Shown piece after piece: positions 1-9,522 of a stretch of DNA of 40,000 bases. Below the pieces are notes generated by a model. It did no database searches, was not told where the DNA came from, and saw nothing but the letters and a program-made list of their open reading frames with translations. This DNA is from Acidisphaera rubrifaciens HS-AP3. Its GTDB lineage: Bacteria > Pseudomonadota > Alphaproteobacteria > Acetobacterales > Acetobacteraceae. Positions within the stretch are counted from its first letter, which is position 1. Each line of letters begins with the position of its first letter. The stretch spans positions 1-40,000 of the forward strand of contig NZ_BANB01000009.1 of assembly GCF_000964365.1 (NCBI RefSeq), read 5' to 3'. A program made the position numbers and the translations under genes.

Positions 1-936
1 GCCCCCGCGCGCCGCGCCGGCGATGGCACCGCCTGCCGCGCCGACAGCGCCGACACCGGCCGCAGCGAGACCAACTCCGGCGGCGCCGATCCCGGCCGCC
101 GCGAGGCCGGTTCCGACGGCGGCGCCGGCGCCAAGCTGGGGACCGCCGGCGATCAGGCCGTTGGCGATTCCGGGACCGAAGATCGTGAGACCGAGGAGAG
201 TGAGCGCCGCCAGAATCAGGGTGAGGGCGTCGGAGATCGTCGGCGGATTGTTCAGCGCGGTGGTGAACTGGCCGAAGATGGTCGAGCCGATGCCGACGAT
301 GACTGCCAGCACGAGTATCTTCACGCCGCTTGAGACCACATTGCCGAGCACCTTCTCGGCAAGGAAGGCGGTCCGGCCGAAAAGCCCGAACGGCACGAGC
401 ACGAAGCCGGCCAGCGTCGTCAGCTTGAACTCGATCAGGCTGACAAAGACCTGTATCGCCATGACGAAAAAGCTGATGATGACGATCAGCCAGGCGATCA
501 GCAGGATCGCGATCTGGATGAAATTGTCGAAGAAGCTGGTGAAGCCCATCAACCCTGAGATCGAGGTCAGGATCGGCTTGCCGGCGTCGATGCCGACCTG
601 CGCGAGCTTTCCCGGTTGCAGGAGCTGCGCGGCGGTGATCGTTCCGCCGCCGGCCTTCAGCCCGAGCCCGGAGAACGAGTTGTAGATGATCTGCGCGAGA
701 TTGTTGAAGTTGCCGATGATGAAGGCGAAGACGCCGATGTAGAGCGTCTTGCGGATCAATCGCGCCAGGACGTCTTCGTCGGGCGCCATCGCCCAGAAGA
801 GGCCGGCAAGCGTGACGTCGATCGCGATCAGCGTGCTGGCGAGCCAACGCACATCGCCCTGCACCAAACCGAAGCCGGAATCGATGTACTGCGTGAAAGT
901 CGCGAGGAACCCGTCAATGACGCCCGTACCGCCCAT
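1..936 (-). CDS. trbL: P-type conjugative transfer protein TrbL/VirB6 (first 312 codons; 3' end leaves the window)
   Basis: The minus frame is open from the ATG at 936 to base 1. My translation is MGGTGVIDGFLATFTQYIDSGFGLVQGDVRWLASTLIAIDVTLAGLFWAM..., with several TM segments and then a Gly/Ala-rich tail. Its position after trbJ-trbK fits. The listed + ORF 23..685 is its antisense shadow. Confidence 0.85.
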   Translation of the reverse strand, partial: MGGTGVIDGFLATFTQYIDSGFGLVQGDVRWLASTLIAIDVTLAGLFWAMAPDEDVLARLIRKTLYIGVFAFIIGNFNNLAQIIYNSFSGLGLKAGGGTITAAQLLQPGKLAQVGIDAGKPILTSISGLMGFTSFFDNFIQIAILLIAWLIVIISFFVMAIQVFVSLIEFKLTTLAGFVLVPFGLFGRTAFLAEKVLGNVVSSGVKILVLAVIVGIGSTIFGQFTTALNNPPTISDALTLILAALTLLGLTIFGPGIANGLIAGGPQLGAGAAVGTGLAAAGIGAAGVGLAAAGVGAVGAAGGAIAGAARGG

Positions 937-941
937 GCGAT

Positions 942-1268
942 TTACGGCTCCTCCGCATCGGTCTTCGGCGTCGGATGCGACGCGGGTGGGGTGGCGCTGT
1001 GGGCCGGCCGGTAGGTGAAGAAGCGGCGGCGATTTTCTGCCCATGCGGCCGCGCAGGCGCCGTCGTTTTGCGCCGCCATGCCGATCGACTGGCAGCGCGC
1101 GAGTTCGGCCGCGAGCGGATCGGTCGATTCTGCTCGCCGTGGCGCGGGCGCATGAGGCTTGGCACCGTCGTGATCGAAGCGAACCGCAAGGGCGACGATC
1201 GCCACGGCAACCAGCAGGAACCCGGACGCGCGAGCGACGGCGCGGGTGTTGAACAGCCGCCCGCGCAT
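942..1268 (-). CDS. trbK: TrbK-alt-like entry-exclusion protein (108 aa)
   Basis: The ATG at 1268 overlaps the trbJ stop (TGATG). Translation: MRGRLFNTRAVARASGFLLVAVAIVALAV...LAAELARCQSIGMAAQNDGACAAAWAENRRRFF. It has an N-terminal TM/signal segment and the C..C...WAENRRRFF signature I associate with TrbK-alt. It is the C-terminal part of the listed ORF 942..2087. Confidence 0.7.
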   Translation of the reverse strand: MRGRLFNTRAVARASGFLLVAVAIVALAVRFDHDGAKPHAPAPRRAESTDPLAAELARCQSIGMAAQNDGACAAAWAENRRRFFTYRPAHSATPPASHPTPKTDAEEP

Positions 1269-2011
1269 CAGTGGAACATCTGCGCAGAGCCGGCCTGATA
1301 GCCGGCGCCGTAGTTCAGGAAGTTCTGGAGCTGTTGCTGCGCCTGGACCTGGCTCTCGATCCGACGCGCGCCGTCGAGGCTCTGCGCCCGCGCGATCGAC
1401 GCCATGACAGCGGTAAGATCGGCGAGCTGCTTGGTCTGGATCGCGATGAGCTGGTTTCCGGACTGCGCGGCCTGCAATGCGCCGGTCGCCGACTGGCTGG
1501 TGGAGATCAGCGCATCGATCTGCGTGCGGGTCGTGTCGAGGTTCTGCACGACACCGGCCTGAACGCGCATGGCGTCCTGGAAGCCGGCGCGCGCGTTCTG
1601 CCAGCGCGTCTGCGCGTCGGCGATCAACTGCTGCGATGACGTCGCGCTCGAATAGGCCTGCGGATAGGTTTGCGTGAATGCCTGATCGATGGTGCTGACG
1701 CTGTAGGCGATGCGCTGCGCCTGAGAGAGAAGCTGTTGCGTCTGCGCGATCGACTGTTCGAGCGTGGCGAGCGAGGAGTACGGCAGGCTCGCGAGATTGC
1801 GCGCCTGATTGATCAGCATGGTGGCCTGGTTCTCCAGGCCTTGGATCTCGTTGTTGACCTGCTGCAGTTCCCGCGCCGCGGTCAGCACGTTCTGGGCGTA
1901 ATTGCTCGGATCGAAGACGATCCACTGCGCTTTCGCTGGCGGGCTGATCGAGACGAGAGAGAACGTGGCGACGCCGGCCGCGAGCGCGACGCGGATCCGA
2001 TGACGGATCAT
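1268..2011 (-). CDS. trbJ: P-type conjugative transfer protein TrbJ (VirB5-like)
   Basis: 247 aa. Signal peptide MIRHRIRVALAAGVATFSLVSISPPAKAQ, then a Gln-rich coiled region WIVFDPSNYAQNVLTAARELQQVNN. It overlaps the trbE stop by 4 nt. Confidence 0.85.
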   Translation of the reverse strand: MIRHRIRVALAAGVATFSLVSISPPAKAQWIVFDPSNYAQNVLTAARELQQVNNEIQGLENQATMLINQARNLASLPYSSLATLEQSIAQTQQLLSQAQRIAYSVSTIDQAFTQTYPQAYSSATSSQQLIADAQTRWQNARAGFQDAMRVQAGVVQNLDTTRTQIDALISTSQSATGALQAAQSGNQLIAIQTKQLADLTAVMASIARAQSLDGARRIESQVQAQQQLQNFLNYGAGYQAGSAQMFH

Positions 2012-4440
2012 GGGATGGTCTCCTGATTTTGGGTGAGCATGTCCGCTGCCCAGTCGACGCCCTTGGCGCGCAGCCAGGCGGCGGCAAAACCGTCGCGGCC
2101 GTGTTCGGCGAGGAGGCGCGAGATCGTGGCCTGATCGGTCTTCGACGACGCGGCGGTGAAGGTGAGCGCGACTTCGGAGAGCCCGAGTTCGAACAGGCGG
2201 TTCCCGCGTCGCGACTGGCAGTAATAGTCGCGCTTCGGCGTCGCCCGGCTCAGGATTTCGATCTGCCGGTCGTTCAGGCCGAAGCGACGATAGACCGCGG
2301 CGATCTGGGGTTCGAGCGCGCGCTCATTGGGCAGGAAAAGCCGCGTCGGGCAGCTCTCGATGATCGCCGGCGCTATCGACGATCCGTCGATATCGGCGAG
2401 CGATTGGGTCGCGAAGACGACGCTCGCATTCTTCTTCCGCAGCGTCTTCAGCCATTCGCGCAACTGCCCGGCGAAGCCGGGATCGTCGAGGGCGAGCCAA
2501 CCTTCGTCGATGATGAGCAAGGTCGGGCGGCCGTCGAGCCGATCCTCGATGCGATGAAAAAGGTAGGCCAGAACCGCGGGAGCCGCGCCGGCCCCGATCA
2601 GCCCCTCGGTCTCGAAGGCCTGAACATCCGCCTCGCCGAGACGCTCGGTCTCCGCGTCGAGGAGCCCGCCCCAGGGTCCGGCAACCGTATAGGGCTGCAG
2701 CGCCTGCTTGAGCGCATTCGACTGAAGCAGAACGGAAAGGCCGGTGATCGTCCGCTCCGCCATCGGCGCGGAGGCGAGCGAGGTGAGCGCGGACCATAGG
2801 TGTTCCTTCAGTTCGGGCGTGATGGTGACGGCCTCGCGGCCGAGCAGGGCCGCGACCCACTCGGCAGCCCAGGCGCGCTCGCCAGCGTCATCGACGCGCG
2901 CGAGCGGCTGGAGTGCGACGGCTTCGACGGCTTCATCCGCGAGGGCCCCGCCGAGGTCGTGCCAGTCGCCGCCCATCGCCAGCGCCGCCGCGCGGATCGA
3001 TCCTCCGAAATCGAAGGCGAAGACCTGCGCGCGCGGGTAGCGGCGGAATTGCAGCGCCATCAGCGCCAGCAGCACCGATTTGCCGGCGCCGGTCGGTCCG
3101 ACGATCAGGGTGTGACCGACATCGCCGACGTGCAGCGAGAAGCGGAACGGGGTCGAGCCTTCCGTGCGCGCGAAAAAGAGCGGCGGCGCCGGGAAATGCT
3201 CATCCCGTTCCGGCCCGGCCCACACCGCCGAGAAAGGCATCATGTGGGCGAGATTCATCGTCGAGATCGGCGGCTGACGCACGTTGGCGTAGACATGACC
3301 GGGCAGCGATCCGAGCCACGCCTCGATGGCGTTCACCGTCTCGCGCATGCAGGTGAAGTCGCGGCCCTGGATCGCCTTCTCGACCAGGCGCAGCCGTTCC
3401 TCGGCGGTGCGGGCGTCTTCGTCCCAAACGGTGACGGTCGCCGTGACATAGGCTTCGCCGACCAGATCGGAGCCCAGCTCCTGCAGCGCGGCGTCGGCGT
3501 CCAGCGCCTTGTTCGCGGCGTCGGAGTCCATCAGCACCGACGCCTCGTTGGTCATGACCTCTTTCAGGATGGCCATGATCGACTTGCGCTTGGCGAACCA
3601 TTGCCGCCGGATCTTGCCGAGGACCTTGGTCGCGTCGGTCTTGTCCAGGCAGATGGCGCGCGTCGCCCAGCGATAGGGGAATGCCAGGCGGTTGAGGTCG
3701 TCGAGCAGCCCCGGCCAGGTCTGCGACGGGAACCCCATGACCGTCAGCGTGCGCAGATGCGCGCCGCCGAGCCGTGGCTCAAGGCCGGCGGTGAGGTCCT
3801 CATCGAAGAGGATGGCGTCCAGATACATCGGCGTCTCGGGCACGCGGACGCGCTGGCGCCGGGTCGAGATGCAGGCGTGCAGGTACGTCAGGGTTTCGCC
3901 GTCATCGAGCCACGCGGCTTCGGGCATGAAGCCTTCGATGAGCGCGAGCACGCGATCGGTGCGATCGACGAAGCCATCGAGCGCCGCGCGCCAATCGGCG
4001 CCCGTCTGAGCGCGGTTCTCGTAGAGGAATGCCTCCGCGCGCGCGGAATCGTCGGCCGGCGGCAGCCAGAGCAGCGTCAGGAAATACCGGCTCTCGAAAT
4101 GCGCCCCTTCCTCTTCGAATTGCGCGCGGCGCTCGGCGTCGACCAACTCCGAAACCGGGTCCGGGAAGCGGCTGTTCGGGTAGCCACGCGCGAAGTCGCG
4201 CTGCGCCTCGATGAAGATCGCCCAGCCGGAGCCGAGGCGGCGCAGCGCGTTGTTGAGCCGCGAGGTGATGGAGACCAGTTCCGCCGGGGTCGAGGAATCG
4301 AGGTCGGGTCCGCGAAACTTCGCGGTGCGCTGGAACGATCCGTCCTTGTTGAGGACGACGCCCTCGCGCACGAGCGCCGCCCAGGGCAGGAAGTCGGCGA
4401 GGCTCTGCGCACGGCGACGATATTCGGCGAGGTTCATCAT
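2008..4440 (-). CDS. trbE: Conjugal transfer ATPase TrbE (VirB4 family)
   Basis: Start chosen at ATGATG 4440 (MMNLAEYRRRAQSLADFLPW), preceded by a GAGGG RBS. Walker A is LIVGPTGAGKSVLL and Walker B is LLIIDEGW. The upstream 43 codons of the listed ORF overlap trbD and look non-coding. Confidence 0.9.
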   Translation of the reverse strand: MMNLAEYRRRAQSLADFLPWAALVREGVVLNKDGSFQRTAKFRGPDLDSSTPAELVSITSRLNNALRRLGSGWAIFIEAQRDFARGYPNSRFPDPVSELVDAERRAQFEEEGAHFESRYFLTLLWLPPADDSARAEAFLYENRAQTGADWRAALDGFVDRTDRVLALIEGFMPEAAWLDDGETLTYLHACISTRRQRVRVPETPMYLDAILFDEDLTAGLEPRLGGAHLRTLTVMGFPSQTWPGLLDDLNRLAFPYRWATRAICLDKTDATKVLGKIRRQWFAKRKSIMAILKEVMTNEASVLMDSDAANKALDADAALQELGSDLVGEAYVTATVTVWDEDARTAEERLRLVEKAIQGRDFTCMRETVNAIEAWLGSLPGHVYANVRQPPISTMNLAHMMPFSAVWAGPERDEHFPAPPLFFARTEGSTPFRFSLHVGDVGHTLIVGPTGAGKSVLLALMALQFRRYPRAQVFAFDFGGSIRAAALAMGGDWHDLGGALADEAVEAVALQPLARVDDAGERAWAAEWVAALLGREAVTITPELKEHLWSALTSLASAPMAERTITGLSVLLQSNALKQALQPYTVAGPWGGLLDAETERLGEADVQAFETEGLIGAGAAPAVLAYLFHRIEDRLDGRPTLLIIDEGWLALDDPGFAGQLREWLKTLRKKNASVVFATQSLADIDGSSIAPAIIESCPTRLFLPNERALEPQIAAVYRRFGLNDRQIEILSRATPKRDYYCQSRRGNRLFELGLSEVALTFTAASSKTDQATISRLLAEHGRDGFAAAWLRAKGVDWAADMLTQNQETIP

Positions 4441-4450
4441 CGCCGCGCCC

Positions 4451-4723
4451 TCACGCGACCAGGTGCTGCGGGTAGCGCAGATGCCGGCGCACCACGTCGA
4501 CGAAGGCGGCGTCGCGCTTGGCGGCCCAGACGGCCGCGAGATGCCCGAGCAGCCAGAGCGCGGCGCCAACGAGCCAGAGCCGCAGGCCGAGTCCGATCGC
4601 CGCGGCGAGCGTTCCGTTGACGATCGCCACGGCGCGCGGCGCGCCGCCCAGGAAGATCGGCTCGGTCAGGGCGCGATGGACCGGCGCGTAGAACCCGGCG
4701 ATGGCGTCGGACGGTTCCATCAT
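4451..4723 (-). CDS. trbD: Conjugal transfer protein TrbD (VirB3-like)
   Basis: 90 aa, MMEPSDAIAGFYAPVHRALTEPIFLGGAPRAVAIVNG..., with two TM segments. The ATGA overlap with the trbC stop is at 4720-4723. Confidence 0.8.
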   Translation of the reverse strand: MMEPSDAIAGFYAPVHRALTEPIFLGGAPRAVAIVNGTLAAAIGLGLRLWLVGAALWLLGHLAAVWAAKRDAAFVDVVRRHLRYPQHLVA

Positions 4724-5043
4724 ACCATCACCCCGCCGCCGAACTGGAAGAAGGACAGAAAGAAGCTCGAGGCTGCGAAGGCGATCGACAGACCAAAGAC
4801 GATCTGGATCAGGCGGCGAAACCCTCCGGAGGTTTCGCCGAACGCGAGGGTCAGGCCGGTGATGACGATGATGATGACGGAAATGACCTTGGCGACTGGT
4901 CCCTGGACCGAATCCAGGATCTGGGTCAGCGGCTGCTCCCACGGCATGTTCGTGCCGGCCGCGTAGGCCGGCGCCGTGGCGAGCGCGACGAAGGCGGTGG
5001 CGGAGGCCGTGACGAGGGCACGGCGGGCGCGGGTAAGCAGCAT
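4720..5043 (-). CDS. trbC: Conjugal pilin precursor TrbC (VirB2-like)
   Basis: 107 aa, [30 protein letters not shown], a signal-like leader followed by two hydrophobic helices. The start overlaps the trbB stop (TGATG). Confidence 0.8.
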   Translation of the reverse strand: MLLTRARRALVTASATAFVALATAPAYAAGTNMPWEQPLTQILDSVQGPVAKVISVIIIVITGLTLAFGETSGGFRRLIQIVFGLSIAFAASSFFLSFFQFGGGVMV

Positions 5044-6008
5044 CACGGTTCTCCTGCTGGGGTGAGGACGTAGTCGCCGTTGGGTCCGAGCCCTCGGACG
5101 GCGGCGAGTTCGGCGAGACGGCGGGCGGCGCCGCGGCCCGACAGCACGGCGATCAGGTCGATCGTCTCGGCGATGAGCGCGCGAGGAACGGTGACAACGG
5201 CCTCCTGGATCAGCTGCTCGAGACGGCGGAGCGCGCCCACCGCCGAGCCGGCGTGGAGGGTGCCGACGCCTCCGGGATGGCCGGTGCCCCACGCCTTGAG
5301 CAGGTCGAGCGCCTCGGCGCCGCGTACCTCGCCGATCGGAATCCGGTCCGGCCGCAGCCGGAGCGATGAACGCACAAGATCGGACAGCGAGGCGGCCCCG
5401 TCCTTGGTCCGAAGGGCGACCAGATTGGGCGCCGCGCATTGGAGCTCGCGCGTGTCCTCGATGAGCACCACGCGGTCGCCGGTCTTGGCGACTTCCGCGA
5501 GTAACGCGTTGACGAGGGTGGTCTTGCCGGTCGAGGTGCCGCCGGCGACGAGGATGTTCTTGCGGGCCAGAACCCCGGCGCGCAGCAAGTCCGCCTGGTC
5601 GGCGGACATGATCCCGGCGTCGACATAATCTCCGAGCGTGAAGACCGCGACTGCCGGGCGCCGGATCGCGAAGCATGGCGCGGCAACGACCGGCGGAATC
5701 AGACCCTCGAACCGCTCTCCTGTTTCCGGGAGTTCAGCCGAGACGCGCGGGGAACCTGGATGGACCTCGACGCCGACATGGTGCGCGACGAGTCGCAGGA
5801 TGCGTTCCGCGTCGGCGGGTGCCACGCGGACGCCGGTCTCTTCCAGCCCGCCGGACAGGCGATCGATCCACAGTCGTCCGTCGGGGTTGAGCATGACCTC
5901 GACGATGCTCGGGTCTTCGAGGTGGCCGGAGATCGCCGGTCCCAGCGCGGTGCGCAGCATGCGCGCGCCACGGGCGAAGGCTTCCGATCGAAGGGAGATC
6001 GTCGTCAC
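5043..6008 (-). CDS. trbB: P-type conjugative transfer ATPase TrbB (VirB11 family)
   Basis: 321 aa with a GTG start at 6008. Walker A is [17 protein letters not shown]; other matches are [11 protein letters not shown] and [12 protein letters not shown]. Confidence 0.9.
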   Translation of the reverse strand: MTTISLRSEAFARGARMLRTALGPAISGHLEDPSIVEVMLNPDGRLWIDRLSGGLEETGVRVAPADAERILRLVAHHVGVEVHPGSPRVSAELPETGERFEGLIPPVVAAPCFAIRRPAVAVFTLGDYVDAGIMSADQADLLRAGVLARKNILVAGGTSTGKTTLVNALLAEVAKTGDRVVLIEDTRELQCAAPNLVALRTKDGAASLSDLVRSSLRLRPDRIPIGEVRGAEALDLLKAWGTGHPGGVGTLHAGSAVGALRRLEQLIQEAVVTVPRALIAETIDLIAVLSGRGAARRLAELAAVRGLGPNGDYVLTPAGEP

Positions 6009-6229
6009 ACAGAACCCCGCGAAGTCGCCTCGACGCTGAGGCGGTTGGATCAGCGGGGTTGATTAGAAAGAGCCAGAACTGGGGCGACGCAACAAGACTC
6101 GAGGGTGCGTCGGGCTACTGGGTAGAAATACAGGCCGCCAGGACAGTGCATCGCTATCCCAGGCAGAGGGGCACTGACGACACTGAGTGAACATGCGAAG
6201 GTCGGCCTGCATACGGTCAGACGCACGAA

Positions 6230-6823
6230 ATGACTTTTTGCAAAGCGAGACACAAGCTGCCGGCAATGATTCAGAGTTTCAAAATGGCAAAGAAAAGTAG
6301 TTCTGACGCAAGAAGACTAGGCAAGCGAGCAAAGGCTTGGACCAATTACGAGGAAGTCGCTCGATATGTGCTTCAACAGCTTGGGAAGAGGTTCGGACTT
6401 GCCGATGTGGAAGGTAAGCAGAAGGTCTCTGGGCGGCAATCTGGAACAAAGTGGGAAATTGATGCCAAGGGTGTGCGAGATGGCGACGCGTCGTTCGTAA
6501 TTGTCGAATGTCGACGCTACGGTAAGCGCCTAAATCAGGAGGCACTTGCGGCGGTAGCATATCGGATCCTCGACACGGGTGCGACAGGCGGAATCACAGT
6601 CAGCCCGCACCCCCTTCAAAGGGGCGCCGCGAAGGTCGCCAGGGCTAGCCAAATCGAGCATGTGCAACTCCGATCCGACAGCACCCGTGAACTGTGGGTC
6701 GCTGAGATCAAGAAGGTGATCCACGTCGGAATCACCGAAGTTGTTGGATTGACCGTGAGGGACTCTTTCACGATCACGGTCATAGACGCCGACGGCAATG
6801 TGGTGGAGCAGCGGAGCGGATAG
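6230..6823 (+). CDS. Small restriction-endonuclease-like protein (Mrr-cat / PD-(D/E)xK-type core)
   Basis: The stretch KWEIDAKG...ASFVIVECRRYGKRLNQEALAAVAYRILDTGATGGITVSPHPLQRGAAKVARASQIEHVQL follows the Mrr_cat layout (D..., hydrophobic strand + E-x-K/R, then a G-rich turn and a C-terminal helix). The start is ambiguous (ATG at 6230, 6266 or 6284). It sits on the opposite strand to the backbone and is visibly more A/T-rich. Confidence 0.55.
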   Translation: MTFCKARHKLPAMIQSFKMAKKSSSDARRLGKRAKAWTNYEEVARYVLQQLGKRFGLADVEGKQKVSGRQSGTKWEIDAKGVRDGDASFVIVECRRYGKRLNQEALAAVAYRILDTGATGGITVSPHPLQRGAAKVARASQIEHVQLRSDSTRELWVAEIKKVIHVGITEVVGLTVRDSFTITVIDADGNVVEQRSG

Positions 6824-6931
6824 GCCACGAAGAGCGGTTGATCTTAAGATCTGACTTGCGGTCCCACGGTATCCGCATTGGAAAGCGTTCGGCGCCGGTC
6901 ACACCGACCTTTTTGGGTCGCTATCCGACCC

Positions 6932-7396
6932 TCAAAGCCGTTGTCGATCGCAACCGTCATTCGGTCTATACGGTTGTGAGTCGGATGCCGCTACGTCGCA
7001 AACAATCTCGTCGGCCAACTTGCGCCCGCGAGCGAGGCGGCGACCCAGCGCTTCAACAAACCCTTCATAGCGCTCTCGCCCCTTGGCCTGCGCCGCGGCG
7101 ACCGAGCTGTCCGGGAGTGGCGGCGTGCTCGTCAGCCAGAAGCGAACAAAGACCGCCAGCGCCTCGTTCGATATGTCCACGTACCTTTCTATGCGCTCCA
7201 GGTGCCGGCCAATGCGATCCAGCCGTCGCGCCAGCGCCGCCTCCAGCCGGTCGGCGCCATCCGGGGACAAATGCGATGCCAGCGCCGCTTCGACGATCAT
7301 CGACTGGCTAACCCCTTTCCGCGACGCATAGTCGGACAGCTTGGTCATCAGATCGGGGGGAAGGCGGAACGTGTGTTTGGTTCGCATCGCGCTCAC
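6932..7396 (-). CDS. Ribbon-helix-helix (CopG-like) protein between traG and trbB
   Basis: 154 aa. The N-terminus KHTFRLPPDLMTKLSDYASRKGVSQSMIVEAALASHL is a typical RHH. It overlaps the traG stop by 4 nt, the conserved position in this ICE family. Confidence 0.75.
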   Translation of the reverse strand: MSAMRTKHTFRLPPDLMTKLSDYASRKGVSQSMIVEAALASHLSPDGADRLEAALARRLDRIGRHLERIERYVDISNEALAVFVRFWLTSTPPLPDSSVAAAQAKGRERYEGFVEALGRRLARGRKLADEIVCDVAASDSQPYRPNDGCDRQRL

Positions 7397-9381
7397 ATCC
7401 GCATGTCGTCTGCCGGATCGAGGGACACTTGCCGGGCGACAGCACTCATCGTGCGCTGCAAGATGCGCTGCCGCTGCGGCTCGTCCTCCGCGTCCTCATC
7501 GATCAACTCGAATTCGTTGACAGCCCGTGGCGCCGCCGGAGCAATGTCCTCGTGCTCGGGCAGCTCGGGCTCGCGCCGGATGCCTCCATTCGCTGGATCT
7601 TCAGTGTCGGTCTGGTGCGGTCGAACGATGACGGCGCCTTCCCAGTCGCCATAGGCGTCAGTGGGATTGGTTTTCGCGCGGGGCGTGTCCAGGCTGTGGC
7701 CCGATAAGTCGGGCGGCCGCAGAATGCGAGCCTTCAGTTCGGCGTCCTCGTAGTAACGCGCTTTCTTCGCTCGAATCGGCTGGCAACCGGATACCAGAAC
7801 GAGTTCGTCCTCGTGCGGAAGCTGCATCACCTCACCCGGGGTCAGCAGCGGTCGCGCGGTCTCCTGTCGTGACACCATCAGGTGGCCGAGCCAGGGGCTC
7901 AGCCGATGGCCGGCGTAGTTCTTCATCGCGCGCATTTCGGTGGCGGTGCCGAGGGCGTCGGACACACGCTTGGCCGTCCGCTCGTCGTTGGTCGCGAAGC
8001 TCACGCGCACATGGCAGTTGTCGAGGATCGAGTTGTTCTGGCCGTAGGCCTTTTCGATCTGATTGAGCGACTGCGCGATCAGGAAGCTCTTGAGCCCATA
8101 ACCCGCCATGAAGGCGAGCGCGCTCTCGAAGAAATCCAGCCGACCGAGTGCCGGGAATTCGTCCAACATCAGCAACAGCCGATGCCGCGGCGCCTTCGGT
8201 GAGAGCTCCTCGGTCAAGCGCCTGCCGATCTGGTTGAGGATCAGGCGCACGAGGGGCTTGGTCCGGCTGATGTCCGATGGCGGCACCACCAGGTAGAGGG
8301 TGGTCGGCGCCTTCGCCTCCACCAGGTCGCGGATGCGCCAATCGCACCGCCGCGTCACAGCCGCCACGACGGGATCGCGGTAGAGGCCGAGGAACGACAT
8401 GGCGGTCGACAGCACGCCGGACCGTTCGTTCTCGCTCTTGTTGAGCAACTCGCGGGCCGAACTGGCGACCACCGGATGAACGCCGTGCTCGCCCAGATGC
8501 GGCGTCGTCATCATGGCGCGAAGCGTCGTTTCGATCGGGCGGCGCGGATCGGAGAGGAAGTTGGCCACGCCGGCGAGCGTTTTGTCAGGTTCGGCGTAGA
8601 GCACGTGAAGGATTGCGCCGACGAGCAGTGAGTGGCTGGTTTTCTCCCAGTGGTTCCGCCGCTCGAGTGCGCCTTCGGGATCGACCAGCACGTCCGCGAT
8701 GTTCTGGACGTCGCGCACCTCCCATTCGCCCCGGCGAACCTCGAGCAGTGGGTTGTAGGCGGCAGTTGCCGCATTCGTCGGATCGAACAACAGCACCCGG
8801 CCGAAGCGCTGGCGCCAGCCGGCGGTCAGCGACCAGTTCTCGCCCTTGATGTCGTGGACGATCGCTGATCCCGACCACGTCAGGAGCGTCGGCACCACCA
8901 GACCGACGCCCTTGCCGGACCGGGTCGGCGCGAAGCACAGGACATGCTCGGGGCCGTCGTGCCGCAGATATCGATCCTGCCAGCGCCCGAGCACCGCCCC
9001 ATCATGGGCGAGCAGACCAACGTCGCGCACCTCCGCGGTCTGCGCCCAGCGGGCCGAGCCATAGGTCGTGACGCGCTTCGCTTCGCGGGCGCGCCAGACC
9101 GACATGGCGATCGCGACGATGACGGCAGCGATCCCGCCCAAGGCGGCAATGTAGGCGCCCTCGGTGAAGATGTCGCGTGCGTAGGCGTCGTAGGCGAACC
9201 ACCACCAGAAGAAGGCAGGAGGCTGATATATCGGCCAGCCGAAGACCTCGAACCAGGGTCTACCGAGCTGGGGTTGGAAGACGAGCCTCCACGCCACCCA
9301 CTCCGTCGCCCCCCAGACGAAGGCGAGCGCGACAAGGCTGACGGTGAGCACCTGGCCCCAGAGGATCTTGGTCGCGTTCAT
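7393..9381 (-). CDS. traG: Type IV coupling protein TraG/VirD4
   Basis: 662 aa. N-terminal TM segments; Walker A CFAPTRSGKGVGLVVPTLL; Walker B-like LLLMLDEFPALG. Confidence 0.9.
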   Translation of the reverse strand: MNATKILWGQVLTVSLVALAFVWGATEWVAWRLVFQPQLGRPWFEVFGWPIYQPPAFFWWWFAYDAYARDIFTEGAYIAALGGIAAVIVAIAMSVWRAREAKRVTTYGSARWAQTAEVRDVGLLAHDGAVLGRWQDRYLRHDGPEHVLCFAPTRSGKGVGLVVPTLLTWSGSAIVHDIKGENWSLTAGWRQRFGRVLLFDPTNAATAAYNPLLEVRRGEWEVRDVQNIADVLVDPEGALERRNHWEKTSHSLLVGAILHVLYAEPDKTLAGVANFLSDPRRPIETTLRAMMTTPHLGEHGVHPVVASSARELLNKSENERSGVLSTAMSFLGLYRDPVVAAVTRRCDWRIRDLVEAKAPTTLYLVVPPSDISRTKPLVRLILNQIGRRLTEELSPKAPRHRLLLMLDEFPALGRLDFFESALAFMAGYGLKSFLIAQSLNQIEKAYGQNNSILDNCHVRVSFATNDERTAKRVSDALGTATEMRAMKNYAGHRLSPWLGHLMVSRQETARPLLTPGEVMQLPHEDELVLVSGCQPIRAKKARYYEDAELKARILRPPDLSGHSLDTPRAKTNPTDAYGDWEGAVIVRPHQTDTEDPANGGIRREPELPEHEDIAPAAPRAVNEFELIDEDAEDEPQRQRILQRTMSAVARQVSLDPADDMRM

Positions 9382-9522
9382 AGCGATCGAAGATCAGCGG
9401 GGGGATCCGAGTGAAAGACAACCGTCTAGTGAACTTCACAGTTCGCGCGGATAGATTTGGGTAGAAATCGGTCGGGTTAGCGAGCCCGCGCTGACGTGAA
9501 GCGGAGCGTAACTTCGGAGTCT

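Noticed and set aside
942-2087. 381-aa minus-strand ORF spanning trbJ.
   Set aside because: Only its last 108 codons (from the ATG at 1268) look real; these are TrbK-alt. The upstream part is an out-of-frame overlap of trbJ with Arg/Pro-rich nonsense composition.
2800-4620. 606-aa plus-strand ORF. Similar long ORFs are 19879..21135 +, 22859..23920 +, 23..685 + and 5638..6039 +.
   Set aside because: They lie antisense to strongly supported genes (trbE, DUF2493, the ParB-like gene, trbL, trbB). Their translations are Arg/Ala/Gly/Pro-rich low-complexity sequence typical of shadow ORFs in high-GC DNA, and they show no recognisable motifs.
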